The notes under the pieces: generated by a model | Databases searched by the model: none | Told to the model about the DNA's origin: nothing | Seen by the model: the letters and a program-made list of their open reading frames with translations, nothing else | Position numbers and translations under genes: made by a program | Sequence record: PP919962.1 | Origin: Klebsiella phage KP2025 | Length of the DNA stretch: 64,000 nucleotides | Reading direction: 5' to 3' (one strand) | Shown here: piece after piece, positions 27,634 through 37,334 of the stretch | Layout: each line of letters opens with the position of its first letter | How positions within the stretch are numbered: the stretch's first letter is position 1

Positions 27634-27876
27634 ATGAACATATTCACTGAGCAACGTATGGGTACACCAATTACAGAAGATGAAAGATTCGCTATTTCTA
27701 CAGAGCTTAACAATCTGGAAGCCCTGTGTCATGATGAAGCATGGATTGCTAAGGAGGTAGCCGCTTGCACAGATTTGATGGGAAGTTGGGATAAAGATCT
27801 AGTGCTATTGTGTCTTGAGCATGACATAAACATGTTGCGTCGTACTCTCGAAACAGGTATAGTGACAGAACATTAA
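27634..27876 (+). CDS. hypothetical protein
   Basis: TAAGGAAGTAT ATG. Confidence 0.55.
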   Translation: MNIFTEQRMGTPITEDERFAISTELNNLEALCHDEAWIAKEVAACTDLMGSWDKDLVLLCLEHDINMLRRTLETGIVTEH

Positions 27877-27901
27877 CGCTACATACAAGGTGTCTTCCAT
27901 A

Positions 27902-28192
27902 ATGAATGATATAGTTAAGTTTGCTCTGGTGATTTCAGTGTTAAGTTTGTTTGGATGGCTTATTCTCACCATAGCTTCACATTTCTTGATGAGAGAGTTA
28001 AGAAAGGAAGAGAAAGCATATGAAGAGACAATGAGACATTTAAGACTATTATGCAGACATGCAAGTTTTGCAGGAGCATATTCTGCCTATAGGGATTACT
28101 ATAAAAAGGATGAAAATCATCTTCCAGCAGATTTATTAAGAAGACACTACCAAGCCGCACGTATAGAATGGTTAGCACGTAACCCAAGATAG
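27902..28192 (+). CDS. membrane-anchored protein
   Basis: ATG 27902; N-terminal TM segment. Confidence 0.5.
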   Translation: MNDIVKFALVISVLSLFGWLILTIASHFLMRELRKEEKAYEETMRHLRLLCRHASFAGAYSAYRDYYKKDENHLPADLLRRHYQAARIEWLARNPR

Positions 28193-28202
28193 GAGAATAG
28201 AT

Positions 28203-28631
28203 ATGAATTTTAAAGTAGGCGATACGATTGTTTTTCAACCGCAAGGTAATAATATTGAAGATTACTTCCTTAACGGAGTACAAGAAGGGGATACTGGAAC
28301 TGTTACTTACGTAGATGAAGAAGACGTTGCTGCGGATATGACTACCCAGTGGGGAGAGGTTGTTGAATGTTTTTATCTTAACCCTGAAGATTGTATTGTT
28401 CAGGAGGAAACTCTTCCTTCTGTGGAAGCTACTCTACATCTAGATGCATATGGTAAGCTAGTGTTAGTTGAGCGTAGTAATTGGGAGGATGTATTCATTG
28501 CTGTAGGTAATGACTATAAGAATGGATGCCTACCTACTGGAGAAGGTATTCACCTTACAGCAGAAGAAGCTCTACAGTTAGCTTATGACATTAAACGTAT
28601 GGCTCTAGCTGTACAGAGAGGAAAACTATAA
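28203..28631 (+). CDS. hypothetical acidic protein
   Basis: TAGGAGAATAGAT ATG. Confidence 0.6.
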   Translation: MNFKVGDTIVFQPQGNNIEDYFLNGVQEGDTGTVTYVDEEDVAADMTTQWGEVVECFYLNPEDCIVQEETLPSVEATLHLDAYGKLVLVERSNWEDVFIAVGNDYKNGCLPTGEGIHLTAEEALQLAYDIKRMALAVQRGKL

Positions 28632-28720
28632 TTAATAAATAGATAGTTAATTAGTTAATAATTAATTAGTTTATTAGTTAATTGGTTAATAGGTAGTAGA
28701 TAGATTAACATAACATGTTT
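28632..28720. repeat. low-complexity tandem TTAAT(T)AG(T) repeats
   Basis: TAATTAATAAATAGATAGTTAATTAGTTAATAATTAATTAGTTTATTAGTTAATTGGTTAATAGG. Confidence 0.6.
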
Positions 28721-28841
28721 CTCATAACAAATCTACTACCTCGCTATCGCTCGGTATATAATACTAGGGTAGCATGTTTTTTCTCAAAAGTAAAACAGAT
28801 AATTCCTATTAATAAGGGGAAGATTGACAGTTGGAGGCTAT

Positions 28842-29075
28842 ATGGCAAAGAAGTCTAAAAAAGTGAATGAAGAAACCTCTGAACAAGAAACCTTTGCACA
28901 GATTGAAGATCTGTGTAATGAACCAGCGGCTCCTACAGAGGCGCTGGAAGAGGTTATGTCCTGCAAAGAAGAAAAAAGATTTTGCCCTGTTTGTGGTGGA
29001 ACAGGTTTTGTCTTTGTTGGAGAAGGACAGCTAGAAAGATGCTGGCCTTGTGAAGGCATCGGAATAGTAGTTTAA
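28842..29075 (+). CDS. small zinc-ribbon protein
   Basis: TTGGAGGCTAT ATG. CPVCGGTG...CWPCEG. Confidence 0.5.
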   Translation: MAKKSKKVNEETSEQETFAQIEDLCNEPAAPTEALEEVMSCKEEKRFCPVCGGTGFVFVGEGQLERCWPCEGIGIVV

Positions 29076-29168
29076 GCGTTTACAATGTGCGGCTACCGCA
29101 CAGAAGTAAATCGCTATATACTAAAGATCGCGCCTTCGGCGCTCGGATAAATCCTAAGCGGGGGTCAA

Positions 29169-29360
29169 ATGATTAGAAGTTATCACAGATGGTTAACCAT
29201 CCAAGAGAAGAATACCCTCCGTGGTGTTCCAGGGTACAGCCCAAGCACGGATGATATCTTAGATAAGATGGAGGAATTCTTCAACGAGCCTCGTTCTCAT
29301 CTAAAAGAGGTACTTGGGGCATGGGATGGTACGCCGGAAAGTGTAGGAGAACGTGGATGA
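29169..29360 (+). CDS. hypothetical protein
   Basis: ORF with GCGGGGGTCAA ATG. Confidence 0.5.
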   Translation: MIRSYHRWLTIQEKNTLRGVPGYSPSTDDILDKMEEFFNEPRSHLKEVLGAWDGTPESVGERG

Positions 29361-29764
29361 TTACCTTAGAGCAATTCCAAAACATGGAGCGAGGTACTAT
29401 CTTCTACGTTTGTTGTGGAGGTAACGCCAATAACCTCGTGGTAGAACGATTCCATTCACTAAAAGACTTGGACAGAGGTGAGGATAGTGTTATGGTGTTG
29501 ACTTATTGTGGTGGCAGCACTTTCCAAGGTCATCTGCACGGCGGCAATGGGTTATACCTGAACGAGGAAGAAGCCAAAGAGCACATGGCAAAACGTGCCA
29601 AATGGATACATGATCGCAGAACGGAAAATTTAAAATCCATGTTGCTTAACTTACAAGCTGACCTGGATAAGCATCTTGACAGTGAGCCTAAATTAGATTA
29701 TGTTTATCTGGACAGAACAGATGAACCTGAACCAGAGGGGTGGTGGTATGACAAAACAATATAG
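29357..29764 (+). CDS. hypothetical protein
   Basis: TAGGAGAACGTGG ATG. Confidence 0.55.
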   Translation: MITLEQFQNMERGTIFYVCCGGNANNLVVERFHSLKDLDRGEDSVMVLTYCGGSTFQGHLHGGNGLYLNEEEAKEHMAKRAKWIHDRRTENLKSMLLNLQADLDKHLDSEPKLDYVYLDRTDEPEPEGWWYDKTI

Positions 29765-30032
29765 GATTTTAGAACGCCCACAATTCGAAAAAGAAAGTGT
29801 ATATATTGTTCAACGGACTCGAAAATTCCTTTGGTTGTTTCCTTATTGGGCTACCTATCAAGGCTACACATTAGCCGGTAATGAAGATTGTATCTTCAAT
29901 ACTATAGAAGATGCTAAAAGTTTTATTAAAGATACTGCAAAGTTTAATCGCTGGTGCGCCGAGAGAGGTGATCGTGTGATTGCTGTGTACCAGCTAAATA
30001 ACGATGGTGAACTGGAGGAAGTTGAAACATGA
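29748..30032 (+). CDS. hypothetical protein
   Basis: GAGGGGTGGTGGT ATG. Confidence 0.5.
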   Translation: MTKQYRILERPQFEKESVYIVQRTRKFLWLFPYWATYQGYTLAGNEDCIFNTIEDAKSFIKDTAKFNRWCAERGDRVIAVYQLNNDGELEEVET

Positions 30033-30187
30033 AAATAGCCCTTGTGTTTTTGGTAGGATTTGTGGTATCATTCTTTATGCTTTGTGGAGGTAGTGTTCTC
30101 TTTCATTATGGACTCGATGGTTTTGCTGTCTTTTTAGGGAGTCTTGCCATTGGATCTATTACCGCGATTATTGCAGCCAATAACTAA
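30029..30187 (+). CDS. small membrane protein (52 aa)
   Basis: ATGA overlap; two hydrophobic segments. Confidence 0.4.
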   Translation: MKIALVFLVGFVVSFFMLCGGSVLFHYGLDGFAVFLGSLAIGSITAIIAANN

Positions 30188-30203
30188 TGAAGGATATTGC
30201 AAA

Positions 30204-30836
30204 ATGAAAATTGGTATCGGTGTGATCACTATGGGTGTTCGCACCATTAATAGAAAACTATTTGAAAACAGTGAACATGGGATTTTTATCTACACAGATA
30301 AGGAACGTTTAGGCCCAAGTCATGCTCGTAATAAAGTGTTAGAGCACTTTGACGGTTATGATCATATTTTTATATTTGATGATGATTGTTTCCCTACAAA
30401 ACTTGGTTGGGAAAATTATTTCATCACTCAAGCTTCTGAGCATAACATCCATTATATGGCTATTCCAGAAGTATTTGGTGGTCAGTTTGTATCTAGTGAC
30501 AAAGAAATGCAGTATTGGTTTAGCGCATTAGGTTGTTTCGTGTATCAAGATAAGGTTGCAATGGATGTTATTGGTGGGTATAATACTGCGTATAACAGAT
30601 ATGGTTATGAAGATGCAGGGCGATCTCGTAGAGCATTACAGGCTGGCTTAACAGGACATAACAATGCTTGGGGCTTTCCTGTGCGAGGGTTGTCTTACAT
30701 ACATTCTGAAGATGTATTCGGAGAGAATCCTGCCCCGAACATTCAGACTTCTGAAAAGCTGGCGTATATCGCACAAAACCAACCGATCTACCAGAAAGAG
30801 ATTGAAGGTAAACAACTTTTCTACCCATACAAATAA
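30204..30836 (+). CDS. glycosyltransferase-like protein (DxD motif)
   Basis: GVITMG...IFIFDDDCFP is typical of nucleotide-sugar GT-A-fold transferases. Confidence 0.55.
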   Translation: MKIGIGVITMGVRTINRKLFENSEHGIFIYTDKERLGPSHARNKVLEHFDGYDHIFIFDDDCFPTKLGWENYFITQASEHNIHYMAIPEVFGGQFVSSDKEMQYWFSALGCFVYQDKVAMDVIGGYNTAYNRYGYEDAGRSRRALQAGLTGHNNAWGFPVRGLSYIHSEDVFGENPAPNIQTSEKLAYIAQNQPIYQKEIEGKQLFYPYK

Positions 30837-30846
30837 GGAGAGAGAA

Positions 30847-31056
30847 ATGGAAATGCCAAACCAAGAGATTATCGAGCAAGCAATTATCCTCCTAGCTGAA
30901 AGTTGCCAGGCAGACATGGCGGTTCTGTTTGTTGCAGAGCCAACTCAGGATGCTATTGATCGTATGATCGCAGCAGACACTGCGTGGAGAGAGTTTAGCG
31001 CTGCTCACCCTGAGATTGAACAGTACGTTGATTGGAAAGAGTTGCAGGGGGATTAA
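30847..31056 (+). CDS. hypothetical acidic protein
   Basis: TAAGGAGAGAGAA ATG. Confidence 0.5.
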   Translation: MEMPNQEIIEQAIILLAESCQADMAVLFVAEPTQDAIDRMIAADTAWREFSAAHPEIEQYVDWKELQGD

Positions 31057-31057
31057 C

Positions 31058-31423
31058 ATGTTAATTAAAGAAAACTACAAAAACTATAGCAGCAGCATAA
31101 ACTTCATTGACTCCAATGATAACTTCGTTGGTTTCGATATGGGTGGTCAGTATTGCGAACAGTTCGGCTGGTACATCAGTCGTGAAGCGATTGCTTTCGA
31201 CGATTATGGAAGTTCTGTCGAACTTCAAGAAGAAGATCTGGTAGGTTATCGTTTTGATACCACTTTTGTCGATAACTACAATTTTGATGAAACTGTAGTG
31301 TTTCGTCTGGTGAGTGATAAAGGCGGTGTTGCATACCTGCATCTGTTCAACTCTCATAATGGCTACTACAGCCACGGTTGGGAGTCTACAATGGATGGCA
31401 TTTCTCGTGAAGGGTATCTATGA
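31058..31423 (+). CDS. hypothetical protein
   Basis: GGGGGATTAAC ATG. Confidence 0.55.
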   Translation: MLIKENYKNYSSSINFIDSNDNFVGFDMGGQYCEQFGWYISREAIAFDDYGSSVELQEEDLVGYRFDTTFVDNYNFDETVVFRLVSDKGGVAYLHLFNSHNGYYSHGWESTMDGISREGYL

Positions 31424-32043
31424 GTGATGCTAATTACTGGGACAGGGTGAAACCCCTCGTTCCAGGTGTAGTAGTGAAGTACGCTGGGTCAAAAAGCAGC
31501 GATTTTTACCTACTACCTGAGCTAGGTACACTACTAACTCTTATTGCAGAAGATATTCAGATGGGTTTCAACCCTGTTTGGATTTGTCTCTGGTATGATG
31601 AGGCTGGCAGAGTGAATCTCGTCCCTCTTTTGAAGAATGTGCTAGCGCCTGCCGAAGAACCGATTGATCCACGTACACAGGAAGTAGCTGATCGTTATTA
31701 TCCGTGGACAGGCAAAGCCTTAGATCTGAAATTCTTACAGAAGTCTCTTGACTCCCTGTTGAATCCAGTGCAAAATGAACCTGTTCCTGATGAGAAACCT
31801 GCCTCAAAGTTTTCTGAGGTAACGTTCCTCACTGATGGAGGTAGTGCAGCATTAAGTAACGTTCGCTTCCCTGTCACTCTACGATTGACGGACGAAGAAC
31901 ATAAACTATACCCAGAGCTAGATGGTGTTACCATCCTTGGTGGAATACTTAACATGCTTCCTGGTATTGATAAAGACCATAAATTCGATGATGATAAGTT
32001 CTACTTGTTCTACATCAACGAAGAAATCACCTATAAGGAGTAA
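31420..32043 (+). CDS. hypothetical protein
   Basis: ATGA overlap; 207 aa. Confidence 0.6.
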   Translation: MSDANYWDRVKPLVPGVVVKYAGSKSSDFYLLPELGTLLTLIAEDIQMGFNPVWICLWYDEAGRVNLVPLLKNVLAPAEEPIDPRTQEVADRYYPWTGKALDLKFLQKSLDSLLNPVQNEPVPDEKPASKFSEVTFLTDGGSAALSNVRFPVTLRLTDEEHKLYPELDGVTILGGILNMLPGIDKDHKFDDDKFYLFYINEEITYKE

Positions 32044-32168
32044 TGATGATTACCGCAATCGTATTTTTCGCGCTGGGATACCTCACCCACAAATACAAAG
32101 ACGTGCTGATCGTTAAGATTGAAGCAGCTACTGCTAAAATCCAAGCGTTCCTCGACTCTAAACGTTAA
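32043..32168 (+). CDS. small membrane peptide (41 aa)
   Basis: TAATGATG overlap. Confidence 0.35.
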   Translation: MMITAIVFFALGYLTHKYKDVLIVKIEAATAKIQAFLDSKR

Positions 32169-32223
32169 TACCTATTAAAGGCTGTATCTTGATAGGTACA
32201 GCCTATCAAAGAAGGAGAAAAGC

Positions 32224-32397
32224 ATGTTTACAGAAACCAATTTCAAGTGTGTTCATTGTGGTAAATCATTTGGCGACCATAAGGCAAAGACTTTTCATTG
32301 CCCTCGTAAAGGTCGTGGTAATTTAAAAGGTTTCGATCCATCACATGTGTATTCGCCTAACCGTGATAAGCCGGAAGAGGACAAATTCACCATCTAA
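32224..32397 (+). CDS. small zinc-ribbon protein (57 aa)
   Basis: AAGGAGAAAAGC ATG. CVHCG...HCPRKG. Confidence 0.45.
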   Translation: MFTETNFKCVHCGKSFGDHKAKTFHCPRKGRGNLKGFDPSHVYSPNRDKPEEDKFTI

Positions 32398-32406
32398 GGA
32401 GGTTTC

Positions 32407-32529
32407 ATGTCTACAGTTATAATCATCGTTACAGTGCTGATCATCTTTGGTGCTGCCAAGTACAGTCTTATTGCCGCTCTGGTAGCTGGCATGGTATTGG
32501 GACTCATTTTACCGAGGCTCATGAAATGA
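32407..32529 (+). CDS. small membrane peptide (40 aa)
   Basis: AAGGAGGTTTC ATG. Confidence 0.4.
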   Translation: MSTVIIIVTVLIIFGAAKYSLIAALVAGMVLGLILPRLMK

Positions 32530-32909
32530 AGTTGTGGCGTGTAGCAGGGAAGGACGGTAAAGGTTTCTACTACACAGAAGTAAAACCTGGTATTACGATG
32601 AGCCAAGCTGTAAGCAACGCAATCAACCGAGATATTGGGATGATGGATGAACAGCACCCTCGTCCTAGTGACGATGGTATCCCGGATGTTGAAGACCACC
32701 ACCGCTTTGCTTTCTCTTCAATGGGCCAACTGTACAATTGGTTTGATCCAGAAATGTTTTCTGCCAGTTGTAAGCAAGGTGCTATGCTTGAGGTGTGGGA
32801 AGTGGATTCACGGTATGTGAAGTTTGGTCGAACTCAAGTGTGCTTTGAACAAGATAAAGCAAAAAGAATAAAAGTAACAAGACTGGAAAAACACAAATTG
32901 AGGAGATAG
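32526..32909 (+). CDS. hypothetical protein
   Basis: ATGA overlap. Confidence 0.6.
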   Translation: MKLWRVAGKDGKGFYYTEVKPGITMSQAVSNAINRDIGMMDEQHPRPSDDGIPDVEDHHRFAFSSMGQLYNWFDPEMFSASCKQGAMLEVWEVDSRYVKFGRTQVCFEQDKAKRIKVTRLEKHKLRR

Positions 32910-32910
32910 T

Positions 32911-33201
32911 ATGGAACTCGTACAAGAAGTTTATGATAAACTGAAAGATAAAGGCTTAGATTGGCCTATGTATGCTCTTGTCGTGCTAAGAGATGATGAC
33001 GGGGAGATAAAGTTCTCATCCCTGAGTAAAGATTATATCTCAGTAAGCCCAGAGAATAATATTTATATGCGAGGCCAAGACTGTCTGTTTAATAACAGAG
33101 TGCTGCCTGAGCCGTACTTAGGATATGGTACTAAGAATGCTATGGAGATTGTGACTCGTTACGAGTTTGAACAGTTTTATTTTACTAAAGAGAATAAATA
33201 G
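32911..33201 (+). CDS. hypothetical protein
   Basis: GAGGAGATAGT ATG. Confidence 0.55.
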   Translation: MELVQEVYDKLKDKGLDWPMYALVVLRDDDGEIKFSSLSKDYISVSPENNIYMRGQDCLFNNRVLPEPYLGYGTKNAMEIVTRYEFEQFYFTKENK

Positions 33202-33209
33202 GAGAAAAT

Positions 33210-33962
33210 ATGAAAGCAAAAGTTATTAGTCCAGCAGGTTATAGTTTTGATGCTCAGGTAGTTGGTAAAGTTTTTGATGTTGTTCAGAATTACGACGTTG
33301 GTGTAGCCCTTGATATTAAAAACACGTTTAACGATGGGTTTTGGTATTTTTCTAAGGGGAATGTAGAACTGATTGAAGATACAGTTTCTGAACAAGATAA
33401 TGGAATTAAATCCTTAAAGGTAGGTAGTAAAGTTTTTCTGAATCCTAAAAGCGAATGGGTTGACTCTCGCTCCGGCAAAAAAGAAAGCTCTAATCCTCTT
33501 GATGTAGTAGGTACAGTTACTCGTTATGATCAATGGGATCTTGACCGTGGTAAGTTAGGGATCACTGTTAAATGGGATAATGGTTTAACTAACAGCTACC
33601 GTGGTGAGGATCTTATTTTAATTGAACAAAAAGAATCAAAGACTAAAGTAAAACAAAAGCCTAAGAAACAAACACAAACTAAAGTTTATATTTCTTACCG
33701 TGATGGTTCTAGTCATTTGACTAAACGTGTAGTTAATATTGTTGTACGTGCAGAAGATAAAGTTATCGCTGTAACATCCGAACGTAATGTAGACGGTTTG
33801 ATCATTCGTGAGAATGTTACTATCCCTTCTACTAGCGTAGACTGGATTGATATTACCAGTAAAGAGGCTAGTCATAGTTACTTCTTTGATGAACAGGGCC
33901 AAGTAAAAGCATCTTGTCAGTGGTTTGGAAAAGACCACAAGTTCAAAACACGTAGTCATTAA
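33210..33962 (+). CDS. hypothetical protein
   Basis: ATAGGAGAAAAT ATG; 250 aa. Confidence 0.65.
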   Translation: MKAKVISPAGYSFDAQVVGKVFDVVQNYDVGVALDIKNTFNDGFWYFSKGNVELIEDTVSEQDNGIKSLKVGSKVFLNPKSEWVDSRSGKKESSNPLDVVGTVTRYDQWDLDRGKLGITVKWDNGLTNSYRGEDLILIEQKESKTKVKQKPKKQTQTKVYISYRDGSSHLTKRVVNIVVRAEDKVIAVTSERNVDGLIIRENVTIPSTSVDWIDITSKEASHSYFFDEQGQVKASCQWFGKDHKFKTRSH

Positions 33963-33968
33963 TAAAAT

Positions 33969-33993
33969 AAACCCGCCTAGTGCGGGTTTTCTT
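33969..33993 (+). terminator. rho-independent terminator
   Basis: AACCCGC-CTAGT-GCGGGTT then TTCTTAT. Confidence 0.7.
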
Positions 33994-34007
33994 ATAGGAG
34001 AATTTTT

Positions 34008-34232
34008 ATGGATGGTCTTTACTTATATTGTCAAGTATGTAATAACTGTGTTGCAGGAGGAAATTGTGGTTGTGGGTGGACTAATCGTTATCTTAAGGAT
34101 GAACAGCCGTTATTAGAAGATATTGCAATGGAAGAACTCATCCAGGAGCTATCGTCACGACTGTTTCATTTCACCCCAGACGAGTTTGAAGATGTCTTAG
34201 ATGAGCTGAGGAGGAATTATGTTAGAGATTAA
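34008..34232 (+). CDS. small Cys-rich protein
   Basis: ATAGGAGAATTTTT ATG. CQVCNNCVAGGNCGCGW. Confidence 0.5.
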   Translation: MDGLYLYCQVCNNCVAGGNCGCGWTNRYLKDEQPLLEDIAMEELIQELSSRLFHFTPDEFEDVLDELRRNYVRD

Positions 34233-34443
34233 TGAAGGGTGTATGGCTTTCTTAGTAGATAATCCTTTTCCATTTAGTGTAGGGGTTCATGTTGGAGAAA
34301 AGATGCAAGATGGTTTATGGCATTGTGTATTGATTAGTAAGATTCATCATTACCAAGAGGTTTACCTTCATACAGATCAGATTGCTAGGATATCCGATTA
34401 TGATGATTTAGTTATTGAACTATATAGTAAGGGGGTACATTGA
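34219..34443 (+). CDS. hypothetical protein
   Basis: ORF overlapping. Confidence 0.5.
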   Translation: MLEINEGCMAFLVDNPFPFSVGVHVGEKMQDGLWHCVLISKIHHYQEVYLHTDQIARISDYDDLVIELYSKGVH

Positions 34444-34521
34444 TAGGATTTTGGGAAGGAGTGTTAGTAACACTGGTAATCGTTGTACTCATTGCAGGTT
34501 ACTTTAGTGATGAATAAAATA

Positions 34522-34552
34522 AAGCCCTCGGAGCGTTTCTGAGGGCTTTTCT
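34522..34552 (+). terminator. terminator of plus-strand operon
   Basis: AAGCCCTC...GAGGGCTTTTCT. Confidence 0.6.
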
Positions 34553-34633
34553 ATATGTAACATGACCCGATGTACTACTTTACACTAAAAGCGCTTAGAA
34601 TGCGTTTTAGAGCGTTACAGACGCTATTAAAAT

Positions 34634-34655
34634 AAAAGGGGCTTTCGCCCCTTTG
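34634..34655. terminator. bidirectional terminator at the convergence point
   Basis: AAAAGGGGC-TTTC-GCCCCTTTG, U-runs on both strands. Lies between the plus block and the Sir2-like gene stop. Confidence 0.7.
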
Positions 34656-34656
34656 A

Positions 34657-35535
34657 TTATCCGTTCAAATGGTCTTCAACCATCTTAATAAAATGTTTAT
34701 TGCTAAAGGTCTCAGCAGCCCCTGCATAGTAAACAACGACTCCCCTTTCTTCATAGAGGCTTTGTTCAAGATAATTCAAACCTGGGTTAACAACGATCAT
34801 CTTGGTTCCCATGTTTAGCGCAGGAAACAGTTCCCAGTTAAAGTTGATTACTTGGTTAGAGCAGCCAACTACAATCACCATGTCCTGAGCAGTTAAAGTA
34901 TCGAATAGTGCATACATGTCGGTGTAAAGAGGTGCAGCCTCACCGAAGAACACAACATTAGGTTTAACCCAAGGATAGTTATTAATATCCACCGCAGAGT
35001 AACCAATATCTTCAAGAATTTCATAACCACCAACTTCCCGACGATAACGGATTTCAGGGAGATAGCCATGAACATGTAGAACAGATTCACGTGCAACGCC
35101 AGCACGTTCCAGTAGATCATCTACGTTAGTAGTGATGTTATAGACGCGCTCAGGAGCCATTGCAAACCATTTAGCGATTTGCAGGTGAGCTGCGTTAGGC
35201 TCTACAGTTGCTAGTTCTACACGACGCTTGTTGTAGAAATTGTTTGTCTTCTCGTACAAATCCATCCCATCATCATCAATACCACCTACAACAGGCACAT
35301 CCGGGGATGTACGGCGGCGATAGCCAGCTTGGAATGCACCAATATCACACACTTCAGCAAGATCATACTCGTCCCATAGTGCTTTCCCACTATCGGTATC
35401 TGTACGGAATGTGCGTACACCACTATCGGCGCTAAGTCCAGCACCGGAAACCACAATTAACCTTCTTGGCATTTTTATCCCTCCACTATTTAATACACAT
35501 TGTGTTTGATAATTTATCATGTCTTGAAAATTCAT
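34657..35535 (-). CDS. Sir2-family (sirtuin-like) NAD-dependent protein
   Basis: GGAGGG RBS. VVSGAGLSADSGVRTFR matches sirtuin GAGIS..SGIP.FR NAD-binding motif. Confidence 0.7.
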   Translation of the reverse strand: MNFQDMINYQTQCVLNSGGIKMPRRLIVVSGAGLSADSGVRTFRTDTDSGKALWDEYDLAEVCDIGAFQAGYRRRTSPDVPVVGGIDDDGMDLYEKTNNFYNKRRVELATVEPNAAHLQIAKWFAMAPERVYNITTNVDDLLERAGVARESVLHVHGYLPEIRYRREVGGYEILEDIGYSAVDINNYPWVKPNVVFFGEAAPLYTDMYALFDTLTAQDMVIVVGCSNQVINFNWELFPALNMGTKMIVVNPGLNYLEQSLYEERGVVVYYAGAAETFSNKHFIKMVEDHLNG

Positions 35536-35553
35536 ATTTCACCTATACTAATA

Positions 35554-35575
35554 AAGCCCCAAGGAGGGGCTTTTA
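35554..35575 (-). terminator. hairpin terminator
   Basis: GCCCC-AAGGA-GGGGC then TTTTATT. Confidence 0.5.
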
Positions 35576-35588
35576 TTAATTTTTAGCA

Positions 35589-36248
35589 CTATACTACAGT
35601 TTTCATGTAATTGTCAAATGCTTCTTTATCCCCATTGGCAACCCAACAGGAGAAGTCTTGCTTCGGATCTGGGGTTACACCTTCTTTCCAATCCCAACGA
35701 ACATGACCACCATACTTCGCACCAGGGAAAGTATATTCCGCTGTGTGAGTGATACGTCCAGGGCCACCCTCAAACTTGGTAAAGGTGAGCTGTGGATAGC
35801 AACGCATGACTGTTTCAATCCACCAATCAAGACGATCTTTCGCCTCGTTGATGTAATAGGCATGGCGTTCCATCTCATCCCAATCCAACCAAACACCTTG
35901 TTCATTCTGGAAAAACACGAGTTTCAGAGGATCATAGATATACGTGTAGTAATCATCGTTTTCCTCTTCGCCATTATATCCTTCCCAAGCTTCGCGCAGT
36001 TCTTTGTTATCATGTGCAGAGTACATCCACCAACCATGCTCCAAAAGAGCTTTATAAGGAACATAACCCTTTTCTGCATATTGGTCAAATTCTTTCACAC
36101 GATGGACTTTACAGTATTCGTCGTCACCACCGATATCCAGCATACAAGCTCCACGACGACGAGCTGCCAAGCCGTGAGAGTCAAATACAACTACACTACC
36201 TTCATAATCATCGCGATCAACTTGATACGCCACCAGTTTCTTTGTCAT
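35589..36248 (-). CDS. hypothetical protein
   Basis: AAAGGAGTGAATA ATG; 219 aa. Confidence 0.65.
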   Translation of the reverse strand: MTKKLVAYQVDRDDYEGSVVVFDSHGLAARRRGACMLDIGGDDEYCKVHRVKEFDQYAEKGYVPYKALLEHGWWMYSAHDNKELREAWEGYNGEEENDDYYTYIYDPLKLVFFQNEQGVWLDWDEMERHAYYINEAKDRLDWWIETVMRCYPQLTFTKFEGGPGRITHTAEYTFPGAKYGGHVRWDWKEGVTPDPKQDFSCWVANGDKEAFDNYMKTVV

Positions 36249-36945
36249 TATTCACTCCTTTATTAGCTTCGAATACTGCGCGAGCAAAACCACGAGGGGT
36301 GAGAGAACGTATTGTTTTAGTTTTCTCAGACTTCCCGCCCAGCTTTTTATATTGGGTAGAAAAACCATCATCAATAGGCACAGGTAACTTCTTTGGGAAT
36401 TTAAACCCCTCGCTGACCCATAAACAAGTTTTCTTTGGGTAGGCATCTCGTCCACGAATAAACTCTGGATAATGGGGATGCTCATCATCATCAGGTAGAT
36501 ACCCTCCAAACTCATACGGATCGAAAATGTAGTCACACTTTCTCCAAAGTGTTGATAGTACACTAACCGGATTCTCTATACAATATTCTGCACCGTACTT
36601 TTCTGCAAGATCAGCAGCCACTTTTGCCACATTTGCAGCTTTTATTTGAAAGTCAGGGTCTTTCTCAGCTTTACTTTTAAAGTGTCTCGCACCACTCACT
36701 GCCATATCTGTACATGGCGGGAAAGCAATAATCAGACTTGGTACGGGATACCCTTCTATCACTGGATCGAAACCAGGCTCAATCCAAGCATCCACATAAA
36801 TGATGTTAGGGTGGATAATTTTGTGAGGATATCTTCCATGATCCCCACCGTCTGCATTAAAGCAGTAGACTATGTAACCATCCTCAGCCCAAGGTTGACC
36901 TGCTATACCACTGCCATCAAACAAACAAAATATTACTTTCGACAT
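36217..36945 (-). CDS. C5-cytosine methyltransferase-like protein lacking a target-recognition domain
   Basis: Motif I LFDGSGIAG, motif IV FPPCTDMAVSG (PC dipeptide), motif VI ENP, C-terminal RGFARAVFEA. Only 242 aa. Confidence 0.6.
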   Translation of the reverse strand: MSKVIFCLFDGSGIAGQPWAEDGYIVYCFNADGGDHGRYPHKIIHPNIIYVDAWIEPGFDPVIEGYPVPSLIIAFPPCTDMAVSGARHFKSKAEKDPDFQIKAANVAKVAADLAEKYGAEYCIENPVSVLSTLWRKCDYIFDPYEFGGYLPDDDEHPHYPEFIRGRDAYPKKTCLWVSEGFKFPKKLPVPIDDGFSTQYKKLGGKSEKTKTIRSLTPRGFARAVFEANKGVNNDKETGGVSS

Positions 36946-37334
36946 TAAATCTCCTCAGTCAAGGCAAACATCAACTGCCTGTGGTCATCTTCGCAAAGAT
37001 ATACTTTCTCTGCTGTCTCCCATTTCTGGAGCGTCTTCACTCCGGGAGCCTCCATCAGGAAACGGCAGATTTGGTATTCTTCTGCTGTTATATATCCGAG
37101 TAGAAATGCGCGACCATAAAACGGCATAAAAGAGTTTTCGTTCGCTTTACGGATGTGCTCGTCTTTAGTCATCACTTTACAGCGTAAACCCCACCAACTT
37201 TTAACCTCTACTGTCTCTTTCTCCAGACGTTCGTTAATTGGGGTATAGAGTTCACGTACACGTTTCACCTTAATAAGAGCCATACGTAGTTGATCCTTAG
37301 TAGGTGTGATATATGTATCATTTAAATAACTCAT
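36945..37334 (-). CDS. hypothetical protein
   Basis: CAAGGAGATTGA ATG. Confidence 0.6.
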   Translation of the reverse strand: MSYLNDTYITPTKDQLRMALIKVKRVRELYTPINERLEKETVEVKSWWGLRCKVMTKDEHIRKANENSFMPFYGRAFLLGYITAEEYQICRFLMEAPGVKTLQKWETAEKVYLCEDDHRQLMFALTEEI

